A stretch of DNA of 64,000 nt. It comes from Octopus sinensis (Eukaryota). The notes below the pieces were generated by a model. The model ran no database searches. It saw only the letters and a program-made list of their open reading frames with translations, and was not told the origin of the DNA. Every line of letters begins with the position of its first letter. Position 1 is the first letter of the stretch. Location of the stretch: contig NC_043019.1 of the NCBI RefSeq assembly GCF_006345805.1, positions 16,367,360 to 16,431,359 of the forward strand, in the 5' to 3' direction. This document shows, in pieces, positions 62,101 to 64,000 of this stretch. A program made the translations under genes and the position numbers.

Positions 62101-64000
62101 TCTACCCCTCCATCATCACCACCACCACCAATTTTACCCCTCCATCATCACCACCACCACCACTCTCTACCCCTCCATCACCACCACCACCACTTTCTAC
62201 CCCTCCATCATCACCTTCACCACCACCACTCTCTACCCCTCCATCATCACCACCACCACCACTCTCTACCCCTCCATCATCACCACCACCACCACCACTC
62301 TCTACCCCTCCATCATCACCACCACCACCACTTTTTACCCCTCCATCATCACCATCACCACCACCACTCTCTACCCCTCCATCATCACCACCACCACCAC
62401 CACTTTCTACCCCTCCATCATCACCACCACCACCACTCTCTACCCCTCCATCATCACCACCACCACCACTTTCTACCCCTCCATCATCACCACCACCACC
62501 ACTTTCTACCCCTCCATCATCACCACCACCACCACTTTCTACCCCTCCATCACCACCACCACCACTCTCTACCCCTCCATCATCACCACCACCACCACTC
62601 TCTACCCCTCCATCACCATCACCACCACCACTTTTTACCCCTCCATCATCACCACCACCACTTTCTACCCCTCCATCATCACCATCCACCACCACACTCT
62701 CTACCCCTCCATCATCACCACCACCACCACTCTCTACCCCTCCATCATCACACCACCACCACTCACTACCCCTCCATCATCCACCACCCCACCACTCTCT
62801 ACCCCTCCATCATCACCACCACCACCACCACTCTCTACCCCTCCATCATCACCACCACCACCACTTTTTACCCCTCCATCATCACCTCACACCACCCCAC
62901 TCTCTACCCCTCCATCATCACCACCACCACCACTTTCTACCCCTCCATCATCACCACCACCACCACTCTCTACCCCTCCATCATCACCACCACCACCACC
63001 ACTCTCTACCCCTCCATCATCACCACCACCACCACTCTCTACCCCTCATCATCACACCACCACCACCACTCTCTACCCCTCCATCATCACCACCACCACC
63101 ACTCTCTACCCCTCCATCACCACCACCACCACCACTCTCTACCCCTCCATCATCACCATCACCACCACCACTCTCTACCCCTCCATCATCACCACCACCA
63201 CCACCACTCTCTACCCCTCCATCATCACCACCACCACCAATTTTAACCCCTCATCATCACCACCAACACCACTCTCTAACCCCCATCATCACCACCACCA
63301 CCACCACTCTCTACCCCTCCATCATCACCACCACCACCACCACTTTCTACACCTCCATCATCACCACCACCACCACCGCTCTCTACCCCTCCATCATCAC
63401 CACTTTCTACCCCTCCATCATCACCACCACCACCACTCTCTACCCCTGCATCATCACCACCACCACCACTCTCTACCCCTCCATCATCACCACCACCACC
63501 ACTCTCTACCCCTCCATTATCACCACCAACCACTCTTTCTACCACTCCATCATCACCACCACCACCACTCTCTACCCCTCCATCATCACCACCACCACCA
63601 CCACTCTCTACCCCTCCATCATCACCACCACCACCACTCTCTACCCCTGCATCATCACCACCACCACCACTCTCACCCCTCCATCATCACCACCACACCA
63701 CTCTCTACCCCTCCATCATCACCACCACCACCACTCTCTACCCCTCCATCACCACCCCACCACCACCACCACTTTCTAACCCCTCCATCATCACCACCAC
63801 ACCACCACACTCTCTACCCCTCCATCATCACCACCAAACACCAACTCTCTACCCCGCCATCCACCACCACACCACCGCTTCCTACCCCTCCATCATCACC
63901 CCCCCCCCACCACTCTCTACCCCTCCATCATCACCACACCACCACCACTCTACCCCTCCATCATCACCACCACTCTCTACCCCTCCATCATCACCACCAC
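56192..64000. repeat. Giant minisatellite, ~33-bp unit CTCTCTACCCCTCCATCATCACCACCACCACCA, running off the window end
   Basis: More than 7.8 kb (roughly 230-250 units). The CAC triplet count varies per unit and the strand asymmetry is extreme (C-rich plus strand). Confidence 0.97.

Overview
This is AT-rich, microsatellite- and SINE-dense eukaryotic DNA. Its repeat families look like those of a coleoid cephalopod (Octopus-like; inferred). I found one host gene: a plus-strand AREL1/KIAA0317-type filamin-repeat HECT E3 ubiquitin ligase. I reconstructed 15 coding exons by hand (12950-49730, 2364 nt, 788 codons). All introns are GT-AG and every splice phase is compatible. The catalytic C-lobe exons are not in the window. 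The most notable point is a ~200-aa N-terminal extension (exons 1-3) ahead of the hydrophobic segment where vertebrate AREL1 begins. It reads as signal peptide, His-rich linker, two tandem SAM-like repeats, then a TM helix, which suggests a receptor-like type-I membrane HECT ligase with lumenal/extracellular SAM-like domains. The rest is nested mobile DNA: a decayed pogo-type transposon holding SINEs and a solo LTR; Helitron remnants; three near-complete foldback elements with 6-bp target duplications; R4/Dong-type LINEs in (TAA)n tracts; an internally deleted CR1-like LINE whose 3' stem-loop shows compensatory changes relative to the local SINE tail; a perfect 143-bp-arm palindrome; and a >7.8-kb 33-bp minisatellite. 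Coordinates were read by eye; repeat boundaries are approximate.
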